From NCBI GenBank assembly GCA_964016885.1, contig OZ024742.1, positions 10,106,001 through 10,170,000 of the forward strand: a stretch of DNA of 64,000 nucleotides, given 5' to 3'. The number at the start of each line of letters is the position of its first letter. Position 1 is the stretch's first letter. Shown piece by piece: positions 49,853-61,544 of the stretch. The stretch comes from Eledone cirrhosa. Taxonomy: Eukaryota. The notes beneath the pieces are model-generated. The model saw only the letters and a program-made list of their open reading frames with translations. It was not told the origin of the DNA and did not search any database. Both the position numbers and the translations under genes were made by a program.

Positions 49853-52027
49853 TCTGCGTCATCAGCAGAGAGGCCTACAACACCCTGGCCCTCCAACACT
49901 TTGACGATGACAACCTCTACTCCAAGGTCACGGGAATCACTCCCGCGCAGATAGAAGAGCACATCAACGCCGCCTGGACCAACATCTGCGACCGGCGGAA
50001 GCTCCCGAAGAAGCTGAGATACAACCTCCTTACGAGGAACAGCAGACTACCCACCTTCTACCACCTCGTGAAAACACATAAACAGGGACCCGACCTGAAG
50101 ATCAGGCCCATTGTATCGAGCGTGGAGGGACCACTCTACAAAATTTCATGGCTCCTAGCCAGAATACTCAAACCCATCTTAGACACCTTGCCGGGACACG
50201 TTAACAGCTCCGAGGAGGTGTTGAAGCGCCTGCATCAAATGGATCCCGACACCAGAAGGAATAACAGATATGCCTTCAGCCTTGATGTAGTCGCTCTCTA
50301 CACCTCGGTCCCGGCACTCCCGGCCGTCAATATACTGATGGAACGGGTCCAATCCACCGACCTACACGGCTTCGGGCTCACCACCACTGACATCCACCAA
50401 CTCCTATCCATCGTCGTCGACAACACCTACTTCGGATTCCTTGACCAAACATACCAACAAACCTCGGGATTGCCCATGGGTTCAAGCCTGCCGGGTGTGC
50501 TAGCGATCTCTTACATGGACAACCTCGAGCGCAAGCCACTCAACGCCTGCCACCCCAACGCCGTCGCCTTTTTCTCAAGGTACGTGGACGATATCCTCAT
50601 CCTCACATCTTCCCAAGACACGGCGAACAGAATGTATGAGATGTTCAACAACACGGACGAGAACATTGACTTCACTGTTGAACACCCCAACGAAGACGGG
50701 TCACTTGTCCTCCTCGACTTCCGAATCAACATCACGGAACAGGGAAGGATCCACTGCCACTTCTACCGAAAGGCAGCCTGCAGGGACCTGTTCGTTCACT
50801 ACAAGTCCGCCCTCCCTAACAGTGCCAAAAGAGGATACATCACGAACGAGATCGCGCGAATCAAAAACAGATGCAGAGATCCCGCGAGTGGTGTCACTCA
50901 TACCAAGCGATTCCTCGAGGTGCTGGAGACGAACGGGTACCCTACCTCGCTCACAGACAGAGTAGGAGACACCAGACACAAGAGACAGAGAGGCACCCAA
51001 GGCAAGTGCTTCCTTAAAATGCCACACTTGGGCGAGAATACCACCAACGCTATCCGCAAGGCTATACGGAGGGAGGGCCTCGACATCCAACTGGCCCACT
51101 CGAGCCCCCCCCCCCTCCCCCCTGTGAAGATGCCTCTCTAGGAAACCCGGGAAATCTACTGACGCGTGCTCCCTCAGAGACTGCCCGATACGCCATGCGA
51201 ACTGTTGCCTACGCACATACGTCGTGTATAAGATAGAATGTGACAGGTGCAACCAATACTATATAGGTAGCACAATCCGACCTTTACACATCCGGATCAA
51301 GGAACACACCAAAACCAGGGCCTCGTCTTTCCGGAAACACATAGAAAAATGCGGAAACAAAGACGGAAGGCCCATCTAGCGACTGAAGGAAACGTCGGCA
51401 CGTTACGTATCAAGGAAGCGCTTTTTATCAAACGCCTTGCACCGCAAATAAACAATCGATGCGAGAGAAGCGAAATGAGGTGGCTGGTTTAAGTTAACAA
51501 ACGATGCAGCAACACACGCACACACACACAAACGAGACAACTACACACGCACACGCACACACACACAGTAGCATTCCACCATACCAACATACTACACTGC
51601 CAATACAGAGGAACAAGGCAACAACACACACACCCTCAAGCGAGACAACAACACACGCACACACACACACAGTAACATTTAACAAACATGCGCGCCCTGC
51701 TGAATACCTCAGATATTCAAAACAACAAACAGCGGAGGATGCGTTTCGCACCTTTCCGACAGACAATCTTTCCCCCACCCCGGAAAAAAACCCCAGTTGA
51801 TGGATGTGAATCCGAAATATATAGGGACAATTAAATCTCTCCCAAGGTAACTCTCTCTCGTGTTGTTATTTTTATTTTATCCTTTATACTCTTTCCTTCA
51901 TTCCTTCACACGTCTTATACACACCACGCATCTCAACGTACACCCACTTACATCTCTCTCTCCACCACCAGATCTTGTTACCCGGTGATTTACCCATTTG
52001 CATTGTCGAGGCTTCCAAACGACTTAA

Positions 52028-52031
<4 letters not shown>
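49853..52031 (+). mobile_element. 5'-truncated Penelope-like element (RT + GIY-YIG + pLTR)
   Basis: PTFYHLVKTHK, IRPIVS, FSLDVVALYTSV, QTSGLPMGS, RYVDDI, FTVE, LDF, FYRK, NGYP; Cys-rich linker then VVYKIECDRCNQYYIGSTIRPLHIRIKEH after a frameshift in the C-run at ~51105-51123. Confidence 0.9.
50068..51141 (+). pseudogene. PLE reverse transcriptase domain (5'-truncated, frameshifted before GIY-YIG)
   Basis: 357-aa ORF with PLE RT motifs incl. YVDD. Confidence 0.88.
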
Positions 52032-52080
<49 letters not shown>

Positions 52081-52269
52081 GAACAGGTCGGCCTGGAAAT
52101 ATCTCATATATATATAAGCTAGCATGGCACCCATCGGAAATGACGGGGGTGTGTAATAAGATAGTATTATAATTGTTTTCTATATTTTGTATAAATTAGT
52201 CTACATCATATGTAAGTATATTGTAGTTGTTGAAGTAACGTCCGAAAGAGTATCGTCCATCACCATCTA

Positions 52270-52400
52270 ACTTGCTCTCGACCTCTAGGTCCCGGCTGAT
52301 ATGATGGAGACTGCATTGCCCAAGACGATGGCAAGGGTGGTGCGCTGAAACAGCCACTCCCCCTCTCCGGGTTGAAACCTGCGGGCGGTCATCTCCACCA
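52270..52400 (-). mobile_element. Probable CRE-clade non-LTR C-terminal remnant
   Basis: Minus strand reads EGEWLFQRTTLAIVLGNAVSIISAG, resembling the FQRLSxAxQRGNA motif of CRE elements. Confidence 0.5.
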
Positions 52401-54431
52401 ATTTTTCATTACCGTCCACCGGAGAAATGCCTTCTCCTTTCTGTTGGCCGGGCCTGTGGGGAGGACACCAATATGATTGACTGACTTGTTATTTTATCAG
52501 TCAGATGTTTTTAGACATCAATTAAAGTATAGTAGACAAAGAACACTACATACATTACCACGTCGTATTTTAGGAGTTTAACTGATCCGTGTCATTCTTT
52601 GTTAACACACTGAAATCCCCGAATTTTCTTTTAATTTCTTTATTTTTTCTTCTTCGTTCTTTTATTTTCCTCGACGTCTTAGGTCCTTGAAGAGGACGAT
52701 GAAAATAAAACCTTTACGATTAGTTCCATCGCTCTATGTTCTGGTGAAATAAATTACCAGTTATGTACTGAGGTCAATATAACACCCACTAATCCTCACA
52801 CACACATACGACACTAAAATTCCAGCCATGTGCCTCAATTAGAAACAATTATTACCATTACTATCATTACCACAGACACAGGCTTGGCTTCGTAGTTAAG
52901 TATTTCATTTCGGAATGTAAATCAATAATTTAATTTTACATTTATTTCAATCAATTACAATTTATTTCTTTTATATTTTCTTTAAACATTATCAAGTATA
53001 TGTACAAATATTTTATGTTCTCAAAAAATAATTTCCTGCAACGTTAATTAGAGATGTGAACAAATTCCTGTGTATTTTATCATGAATAACACTCCGCTAT
53101 TTATTTTACAACAAAACCAACTGGCAGGAGACAAAGGAGTAGACCCCGAAAAAGATGGTTGGATATGATCCAGGAGCTTGCCTGGTTCTGCTAGGGGATC
53201 CAGTCAGGTCAATTAGAGACTGTTGTTTCAGTGACATAGCTCAATGGAAGACGTGCTTGGGGACTCTGCTCAGACGATCCTCCAATAGTTAAGTGGATGA
53301 AGAAGATAACAATCCATTACTTATCCTAATATTAATCAATTACCAGATCAATATTACGTTGTTTTCTTTTAAAGATGATAGGACGTGATTAGAATGAGAG
53401 CTTTTGGCTGCTACTTCTAGCATATTTTTAAAATTTAACAATAATTATGCTAAAAATAATTCATTAACCAAGTTCCTTATGTGAGCAAATAGACAGTTTT
53501 GACTCGAATTTAATTTATTTTCAAAATAGTATGAAGAGGGTGTTATGAGTGTATAGACCTGTAGACTAATGGACCTTAGGGGCGCCCTCGTGCCCTACGG
53601 CGTCTTATAGGCACTGTCGACAGTAGTGATAGAGAGGAAATAAGAAAGTAATTTAGATGACGAAAGAACCTCGGTACTGGACAGAAACTTTTTTATCGAC
53701 CTTGAAATTATGAGTGTTGACATTGCATGGAAAGACGGAAGTAATACCGCAAGCCACATCTAAACTATAATAAAGTAAGGAGTGCGGGACTGCGTCCAGA
53801 ATATATTTTTTTATCCCGTTTGTAAAATAAATTGGATTACTTTGAATAAATAATGAATGAATATTACATAATTTATCTACTAAATTTCGTTATTCTGGAT
53901 TAAATATAAATAATTTTGTTGCTTATTTTAAGATTCACTTCTTTAAAATTTCAAATGCCAACACTTCCGGTTAGCGATCGTTTAAATAAACATTCAAATA
54001 TTTCCGTCACTAATTTTCTCCTAATGCAGTTTATATATAATATCGTCTTTTTAATGTATCATGGATTACGTTACTGATTACATAAGACAGTGTAACTCAG
54101 TCTTCATTCAATTTCTGTGTATATTGTCAATTACGACTTTATTTGATGTATCATATCTACATTCATATATACCTGCGTATAATATCAATATGCACACTAC
54201 ACATGCTAGCAGAAAACCACCGGCAGGGTGGTTTTCTGCTAGTTCTTATAAAGAAGAAATCAATTATGTCGATCCCAGCAAATAGTTGGTCCTTTGTGTA
54301 TTTACATCGGAATGATGAAAGTTGAAAACTGTGGGATACAACTCAAAACATTCTATTATACGTTTTAACGGCCAATTCGCCACTTCTCAATAATTATAAA
54401 GATAATAATTATTGTTGTTATTCTTACGACA

Positions 54432-54650
54432 GTTGATTGGCAAAATCGGTAGAGCGTCGGACAAAAGTCTTTGTGGCATATAGTTACGCCCCTTAACTTC
54501 TGAGCTCAAATCCCGCCTAGGTTTACCTTTGATTTTCATCCTTGCGGGGTCGGTAAAATAAAGTACCAGTAATGCACTGGGTCGATGCCACCGACTTTCT
54601 CTTTCCGACATATTACAGGTCTTGTGCCTAAATTAGAATGCATTATTATT
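54432..54650 (+). mobile_element. tRNA-derived SINE (same family as 25444)
   Basis: A-box TGGCAAAATCGG, B-box GAGCTCAAATCC, GGGGTCGGTAAAATAAAGTACCAG body. Confidence 0.72.
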
Positions 54651-54671
54651 TTTTGGTAGTAGTAGAAGCCT

Positions 54672-54704
<33 letters not shown>

Positions 54705-54944
54705 CAGCAGTAGCAGTAGTAGTAGTAGTAGTAATCACCATAACTAGATTACAACCGAAATAACTGCGACAAAGAAAAATGTCATCTCCCGTTAGAAAAT
54801 ATAGGCAGATTTTCTAAATTAATTAGAAAAGATGATAAGAAGAAAATACTATGTTGTTTCGATAAGAATGCAATTATGTTGACAAGTGAAATATTTGAAA
54901 TGTAGAAATATAAAGAACAGTGATGGTAAAAACAATAGACAACC

Positions 54945-55180
54945 TGTTAGAAATACTCACCAACATAAGCGCTGAGCTGGCCAGCCGCAGCTGTGAGCCC
55001 CGCGAGTTGGAATGGCTTTTCCAGCACGTCTTCATTGCCGTCCTTCGGGGAAACACCTTCTCTATTCTGTCCGCCGGGGCTGTGGGGAGGCCACCAATAT
55101 GATTGACTGACTTGTCATTTTATCAATCAGATGATCCATGCTTTTCCATATATCTATTTACTATTTATATATATTAATAT
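54945..55180 (+). mobile_element. Probable CRE-clade non-LTR C-terminal remnant with 3' UTR
   Basis: ELEWLFQHVFIAVLRGNTFSILSAG; downstream CACCAATATGATTGACTGACTTG also found at ~52467. Confidence 0.5.
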
Positions 55181-55463
55181 AGGTCTCAGCTAGATCCGAA
55201 CTACTAGTTCGGATCTAGCTGTCGAAACGGCCGGAGTTCAGCCATCGGGGTCCTGACTCTTTACCTGTTAGAAAATGGCTAGAAATATGTCTACAGACAA
55301 CCTTAAGATATAGGACAAGTGCAGTATCAAAATAGACCCTCAGTGAAACACTGGAAATATTGTGATCAGTTGAAAACAAGCCAAAGTTGCCTTAGCATTG
55401 TTGATCCAAAAACGAAAAAGGATTTATAACATAAATAGCATAGCATTGGACCGAAAACTGTGA

Positions 55464-55530
55464 AGGTGCGTGTCTTACTGGTTAGGGTGCACAGCTCATT
55501 GTTGTGAGAGCAGGAGTTCGATTCCAGGTG
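55464..55530 (+). mobile_element. tRNA-derived SINE head
   Basis: Degenerate A-box and GAGTTCGATTCC B-box; similar to 26951. Confidence 0.45.
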
Positions 55531-55817
55531 GTGCGTTTACTCTTCTCAGCTGGAGGATGTTAGTTGTTAGTGTAATCCAAAGGGCCAGCCTTGTCTCAGG
55601 ATATGTCAGGCAGGGAACAACTACCGCAAGGTATCTCGTCCGATATCATAATAAATTCGACAAGTTGCCACGTAAAAGATTATTTTGTTTAGAGTTCTTG
55701 AAAGAACGTAAAACAAAGCTGACCGCAACTTGGTTTGAATATAGTGGCTGTGTATGTATTAATGTGTGAACATGAGCCTCACGCACTCACACACATGCTC
55801 ACTCACACACACACACA

Positions 55818-55860
<43 letters not shown>

Positions 55861-56070
55861 CTATATATATTTGTCTAACCTGATTAGATTTTTCGTTATT
55901 TTTGGTATTATGTGGCTTGGTCTGACTCCCGCAATTTTCAATTTGTCAAGCTGCCTAAACGTATGTTATTACTGTAAGGCCAGACCTTATTGAGTGCTTT
56001 GCTGCTCATTTCTAATTGTAGGTCGTTAGCTTGGCCACAGCCAAAGCTTCGATTGTACTAAGCTTCCACT

Positions 56071-56133
<63 letters not shown>

Positions 56134-56936
56134 AAGTATATCCCGGGTTCAATCGGAGGTAACCACAGTAAGTAAGGAACTCAATACAAAGCAGAGTACA
56201 AATATTTAATATAGAAAGGCTTCTACAGGACTAGTATATATATATATATATATAACTGAGAATGGAATTTCGAAGGAGAACGAAAAGGAACAAGAGTTAT
56301 ATAAGGTACACGTACATTCCTACATATTTATTTCATATAGAAATGACTTCTACAGAACTAGAACTGTTTCATTTGTTTGAAATTATCAACGTCTTTCCTG
56401 AGGAAACGTTCCTAGACTTTTAAATGTTTATATATATATATATATACAAGTTAATATAAATTAATATATTTGATAACCACAAATACCAACATATCCGTGT
56501 TTGTATTGTAAATGACTAAGTTAGCTAGATTGAAAAATACTAATTATAATAATACAGTTTGCCTGTCTCGATTTAAAATAATAAATCAATAAAAACAAAG
56601 CATATTGGCAAATGGCCGTGGTGCTTGGACAAATTTAAATTTCAAAATCAAACCTGTTCCGTAGACAGGTTTAAACCTTAAAATCCAAATATGTTTCGAA
56701 AAATGAAAAAGTGAAAAAATACCGCATTTCTATCTCCTGAAAAGCACCAGAAAAATTGGTATGTTTCACTTCAAAATATTTAAAAAGACTGTTTAATATA
56801 TATATATATATATATAAAACAAACATATGGCGCATGTCTCTCAGACATGACACCATTAATTTAATTTTGGATATATATATATATATAAAATAATTAAGTC
56901 AAATATTTAAAATTTGGCTTCGTTTATTAAAGATGT

Positions 56937-56991
56937 ACTGCTATATATATTTCGGTGATAGCCATCATTGGCTGTGATCTCTTCAGGCAGT
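56937..56991 (-). ncRNA. Hammerhead ribozyme, family C copy 2
   Basis: ACTGC-CTGAAGA-stem II-GAAA-TATATA-TA^GCAGT. Confidence 0.72.
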
Positions 56992-57882
56992 CCGAATTGG
57001 TGTGGTAGAGACAGGTACACATGTTGTTGAAGTGTTTTACTCCGTCAATACTCAGATATGTCCAGCTCCTGGTTGGGTTGTTATTTCTCTGGGGAACTGG
57101 AGTCATTATTCAGTGATAATAGTTAACGTAAGATGTGGGAATATATATATATATATATATATATATATTCCTACATCTTACGTTAACTATTTTTACATTT
57201 TGACGCTATAGTCATTTATATATTATGGAATACTGTTGGCTTCTTGCTACAATAATTTCTATACTTTTCATTTATATTTATACTCGGATTTCTTTCCTAG
57301 AGAGCTTAAATTATTTGTGACTAATCCCGGTCTTTTTTTTTAAAAACCCGCGATAATATTGCTTTTGCTGAACTCCTTATATGTAGAGTTTTTTTTCGGA
57401 ATGTTTTTGACTGTTATTTCATGTAAACAGACATTCGTCTCATTCTGACGTCACCAGCCCTGTCTCTACATGTGCGTTTATCTTGAACTAGCCTGCTTTT
57501 AAATTCCCTTTTTGGCATATTATAAACAGTGGTCTTTGGTTATCGTGTCTTTGAGCTCTGCTGATGCTCGATTCCAACCGTGACCATCCCCACTGAAGGT
57601 TTCGCGAAATAGTCTTTTTTAAGACTATACAGAGCATTTGTAGTTTTTCCAAATTGAAGGATGAGTATTTTAAACTTTATTTTATTCTGAGTTAAGGCTC
57701 TATTGATTTTTCCCTGGATTTCACCAAATTCTGTGGATGAATCTACATCCTGATTCTTTTTGAATTGAGTTTGAATTATTTTCCCACATCTTACGTTAAC
57801 TATTTTTCCATGTTGACGCTATAGTCACTTTTATATTATGGAATACTGTTGGCTTCTTGCTACAATAATTTCTATACTGTTC

Positions 57883-57944
<62 letters not shown>

Positions 57945-57946
<2 letters not shown>

Positions 57947-58591
57947 AGTATAATTTATTTTAAAACATTTTCTCTATTTGCTAAACCTTGATTTTATATG
58001 TTCTGGCTTGTTAATTTATTAACCTCCCATAGAACCACACTGGCATACGGTTGGACAATACTTGTATACCTATATGTATTTGTTACATGTAGGAACACAT
58101 ACTTTTATTATTATTCTCCCCTAAGGTTGAGAAGACTTTTGGTCGTTTGAACTGCTGCTATTTTTTTAGTAGCAGGACATTGACCTGTCAGCCCTGCATT
58201 CTGTCTTTGCACACGGCACTAGACAATATTGTTTCTTTACTCATCCACCCGCATTCGGGAACAGTTTTGTATGGCGCCAGTTTGTGATTCGAACTCGAGA
58301 ATTTTATATTCTCCGAGTGAGAAAAGCCTTCTGACGAAGATCTCTTTCTCAATGTAAATCCGCTTGGATTATCTGTTTATTTGGGGATCGGAAACCGCGG
58401 TAAAGGCACATATAGTAAGTGCAGTGAGCTTTTTGAAATTTATTTAAAAACTTTTTCTCTATTTGCTAAACCTTGATTTTATATGTTCTGGCTTGTTAAT
58501 TTATTAACCAGCCATAGAACCACACTGGCATAACGGTTGGACGACACTTATATCCCTATATGTATTTTTTACATGTAGGAACACATACTTT

Positions 58592-58597
<6 letters not shown>
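57945..58597 (+). mobile_element. Family F PLE-type 3' end with a partial tandem duplicate
   Basis: 57968-58112 repeats 58453-58597; hammerhead at 58326; minus-strand copy at 59401-59669. Confidence 0.65.
58326..58407 (+). ncRNA. Type I hammerhead ribozyme with a long stem/loop II
   Basis: GCCTT-CTGACGA-[AGATCTC...GGGATCG]-GAAA-CCGCGG-TA^AAGGC; palindromic loop 3. Confidence 0.75.
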
Positions 58598-58661
<64 letters not shown>

Positions 58662-58666
<5 letters not shown>

Positions 58667-58821
58667 AACGAGTAGGACCCCGACGGCTGAGCTCAAGCCG
58701 TCGAAACGGTTTGAGCTCAGCCGTCGGGGTCCTACTCGTTCCTATTACCCACTCTACTACCTTAAGTATTGACTACGTTGGTGCGTTATGGTCCACTTGG
58801 TTCCTTACCACATTTCCTTCG

Positions 58822-58823
<2 letters not shown>
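58662..58823. mobile_element. Family A fold-back end, copy 3 (opposite orientation)
   Basis: Shorter inverted repeat centred near 58703, same tail reversed. Confidence 0.68.
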
Positions 58824-58918
<95 letters not shown>

Positions 58919-58940
58919 GTATACCTATTATATATATCTA

Positions 58941-59021
<81 letters not shown>

Positions 59022-59024
<3 letters not shown>

Positions 59025-59364
59025 TATGTAGGAGGTGAGTTTTATTGTAGTACAATAAAGCAATGCAGATATCGGATAAGAAGCACTCTACAGTTTGTAG
59101 GACTTGAGTATACATAATATATAAGATCAAAAGATGGTTAAAAGAGTTCCATGTATTTTATTATGCGCATTTCAAAAACAAATATCATCATGCAATATTA
59201 AAACTGCACTATTTAAAACTGCACTATCCACAAGTGTTTTTTAACCTGCATATCATGTCTTCCTATTTTATCTGATGAAAACACAAATGTTATTGCATGA
59301 TGATATTTGTTTTTGAAATGCGCATAATAAAATACATGGAACTCTTTTAACCATCTTTTGATCT

Positions 59365-59374
<10 letters not shown>
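59022..59374. mobile_element. Family E fold-back PLE-type end
   Basis: 84-bp inverted repeat 59114-59197 / 59291-59374 plus ~92-nt tail; (TA)n on both sides. Confidence 0.7.
59264..59334 (+). ncRNA. Type I hammerhead ribozyme (canonical core)
   Basis: TATTTTAT-CTGATGA-[AAACACAAATGTTAT..ATGATATTTGTTTTT]-GAAA-TGCGCA-TA^ATAAAATA; perfect 8-bp stem I, palindromic loop 3. Confidence 0.85.
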
Positions 59375-59405
<31 letters not shown>

Positions 59406-59473
59406 CAAGGTTTAGCAAATAGAGAAAAAGTTTTAAAATAAATTTCAAAAAGTTCACTGTACTTACTATATGT

Positions 59474-59555
59474 GCCTTTACCGCGGTTTCCGATCCCAAA
59501 ATAAACAGATAATCCAAGCTGATATTTATTGAGAAAGAGATCTTCGTCAGAAGGC
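59474..59555 (-). ncRNA. Hammerhead ribozyme, family F copy 2
   Basis: Reverse complement of the 58326 motif with intact core and stems I and III. Confidence 0.75.
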
Positions 59556-59667
59556 TTTCTCACTCGGAGAATATAAAATTCTCGAGTACGAATCTCAAAC
59601 TGGCGCCATACAAAACTGTTCCCGAATGAGAGAAGAAACAATCTTGTCTAGTGCCGTGTGCAAAGAC

Positions 59668-59715
<48 letters not shown>

Positions 59716-59717
<2 letters not shown>

Positions 59718-59905
59718 CGAAGGAAATTTGGTAAGGAACCAGGTGGACCATAACGCACCAAAGTACTCAATACTTGAGGTAGTAGAGTGGGTAATAGGAA
59801 CCAGTAAGACCCCGACAGCTGAGCTCAAGCCGTTTCGACGGCTAATTCTGGACTAGAACTAGCCGTCAAAACGGCTTGAGCTCAGTTGTCGGGGTCTTAC
59901 TGGTT

Positions 59906-59910
<5 letters not shown>
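59716..59910. mobile_element. Family A fold-back end, copy 4
   Basis: Near-identical to 44080-44284 but with a different fold-back apex. Confidence 0.7.
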
Positions 59911-59949
<39 letters not shown>

Positions 59950-61190
59950 GGATATAATATATATATATATATACACATATATATATATAAATCACCAAAA
60001 ACCTGCCTAAATACAAAAACAGAAATGTTCACCAGTTGCCCACACATGAAATCACACTTGCTTTCCAGCTCATATAAACTTAACTCACTTTCAGATATTT
60101 ATCCTCCATAAACTCTTGTTCTTCACGTTCCTTAAATTATCCTCTTTACAGACTTCTCTTTCTGATATACTTTCACTTTTAACTTTATTTTCATTTTCAT
60201 TTTCACTTCACATCCACCAGTGACCCCCCACCCTACTTTTTGATTCACTTACCTAATATCTTCACATTCCACACTTTACTTCCCCATTTTCTTTCATATG
60301 GCTGGTCTATATTTTGTATCTATGCGTGTGAGTGTGTATGCGCCTCCGTATGTGTGCGTGTCTGTGTCTATATGTGTGAGCATGTGTGTTTTTATATCTA
60401 TATTTATACGAGTGTGTGTAGGTGGGTGAACGTATGTGTATAAGTATGTGTATATATATATGTATATGTATATGCATGTATGTGTGTGTATGCATATATG
60501 TATGTGTATAGTCGCGTACGTATGTGTGCTTAGATATAAGTGTGCCGATATATGTGTATATATGTGTGCTTCGTATGTATGTATGTACGTATGCATGCGC
60601 ATTTGCCTGTACGTATTCATATATATATATATATTTATATGTATGTGTGCGTACATGCGAACCTATGTTTGTTTTCTTTTTCTCTAGTGTTAATTTATAT
60701 TGATAACCCCTCCCCCTTACTTTCTCTTTGATTTAAACAAAATTTTTTTCTTTCTCATATATTGTTTCATTTTCATATGTATCGAATATGACACTCTTTT
60801 TGACTAATACACTCCCTTCCCTGTTTATCTTCCGCATATAAATGATCGCGTGCGTGTGTATTTATACGCGTGCTTTCATACTTGTATGTGTATATATTTA
60901 ATACCTAAATCTGGATATACATTATTTTTCAACTTATATTATATACCTATTGGTCACACATACACTATTATGCTTGCCCTCATATACGTACTTACGCACA
61001 CACACATTTTCACCATACACATGCATTTGTACATACACACATATGCACATTTGTGAGTGAATATAAACACATTTATACACATACCCTAACTATATTTCCT
61101 TATTTTTATATATCTCTTGCTTTATTTTTTTTGCCCGTTAAACTCTTGCCTTTCTTGAGGAGATTTTTCAAATATTTCTCTGTTTTAAAT

Positions 61191-61263
61191 TGCCTTGTCC
61201 GATGAACGAATGAGGACGTTTTTCGTATTCGTCTTATTCGGGGAAACCTCTGGTAATGAGGTA
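61191..61263 (+). ncRNA. Degenerate hammerhead motif
   Basis: TGCCTTGT-CCGATGA-[CGAATGAGGACG..CGTCTTATTCG]-GAA-ACC TCT GGT-A^ATGAGGTA; U4 to C core change. Confidence 0.5.
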
Positions 61264-61544
61264 ATTATATTGTATTGTTTATTATACATTAAATTTAGCT
61301 CTGGTACTTACATAGAGCACTCTTCACTCCTATGACTTTTTAAATTTCCAACGGAAACTTCAATACTTATATATATATATACATAACGAAGCAGTTGTGG
61401 TAAGGAACCAGATGGACCATAACGCACCACAGTACTCAATACTTAGTTCAGCCGTCGGAGTCATACATTTTCCTATGTATATATATACTGCCAAAAAACA
61501 TATCGTGAATTTATCATCCGTTACTATTATAATAAATTAAACTG

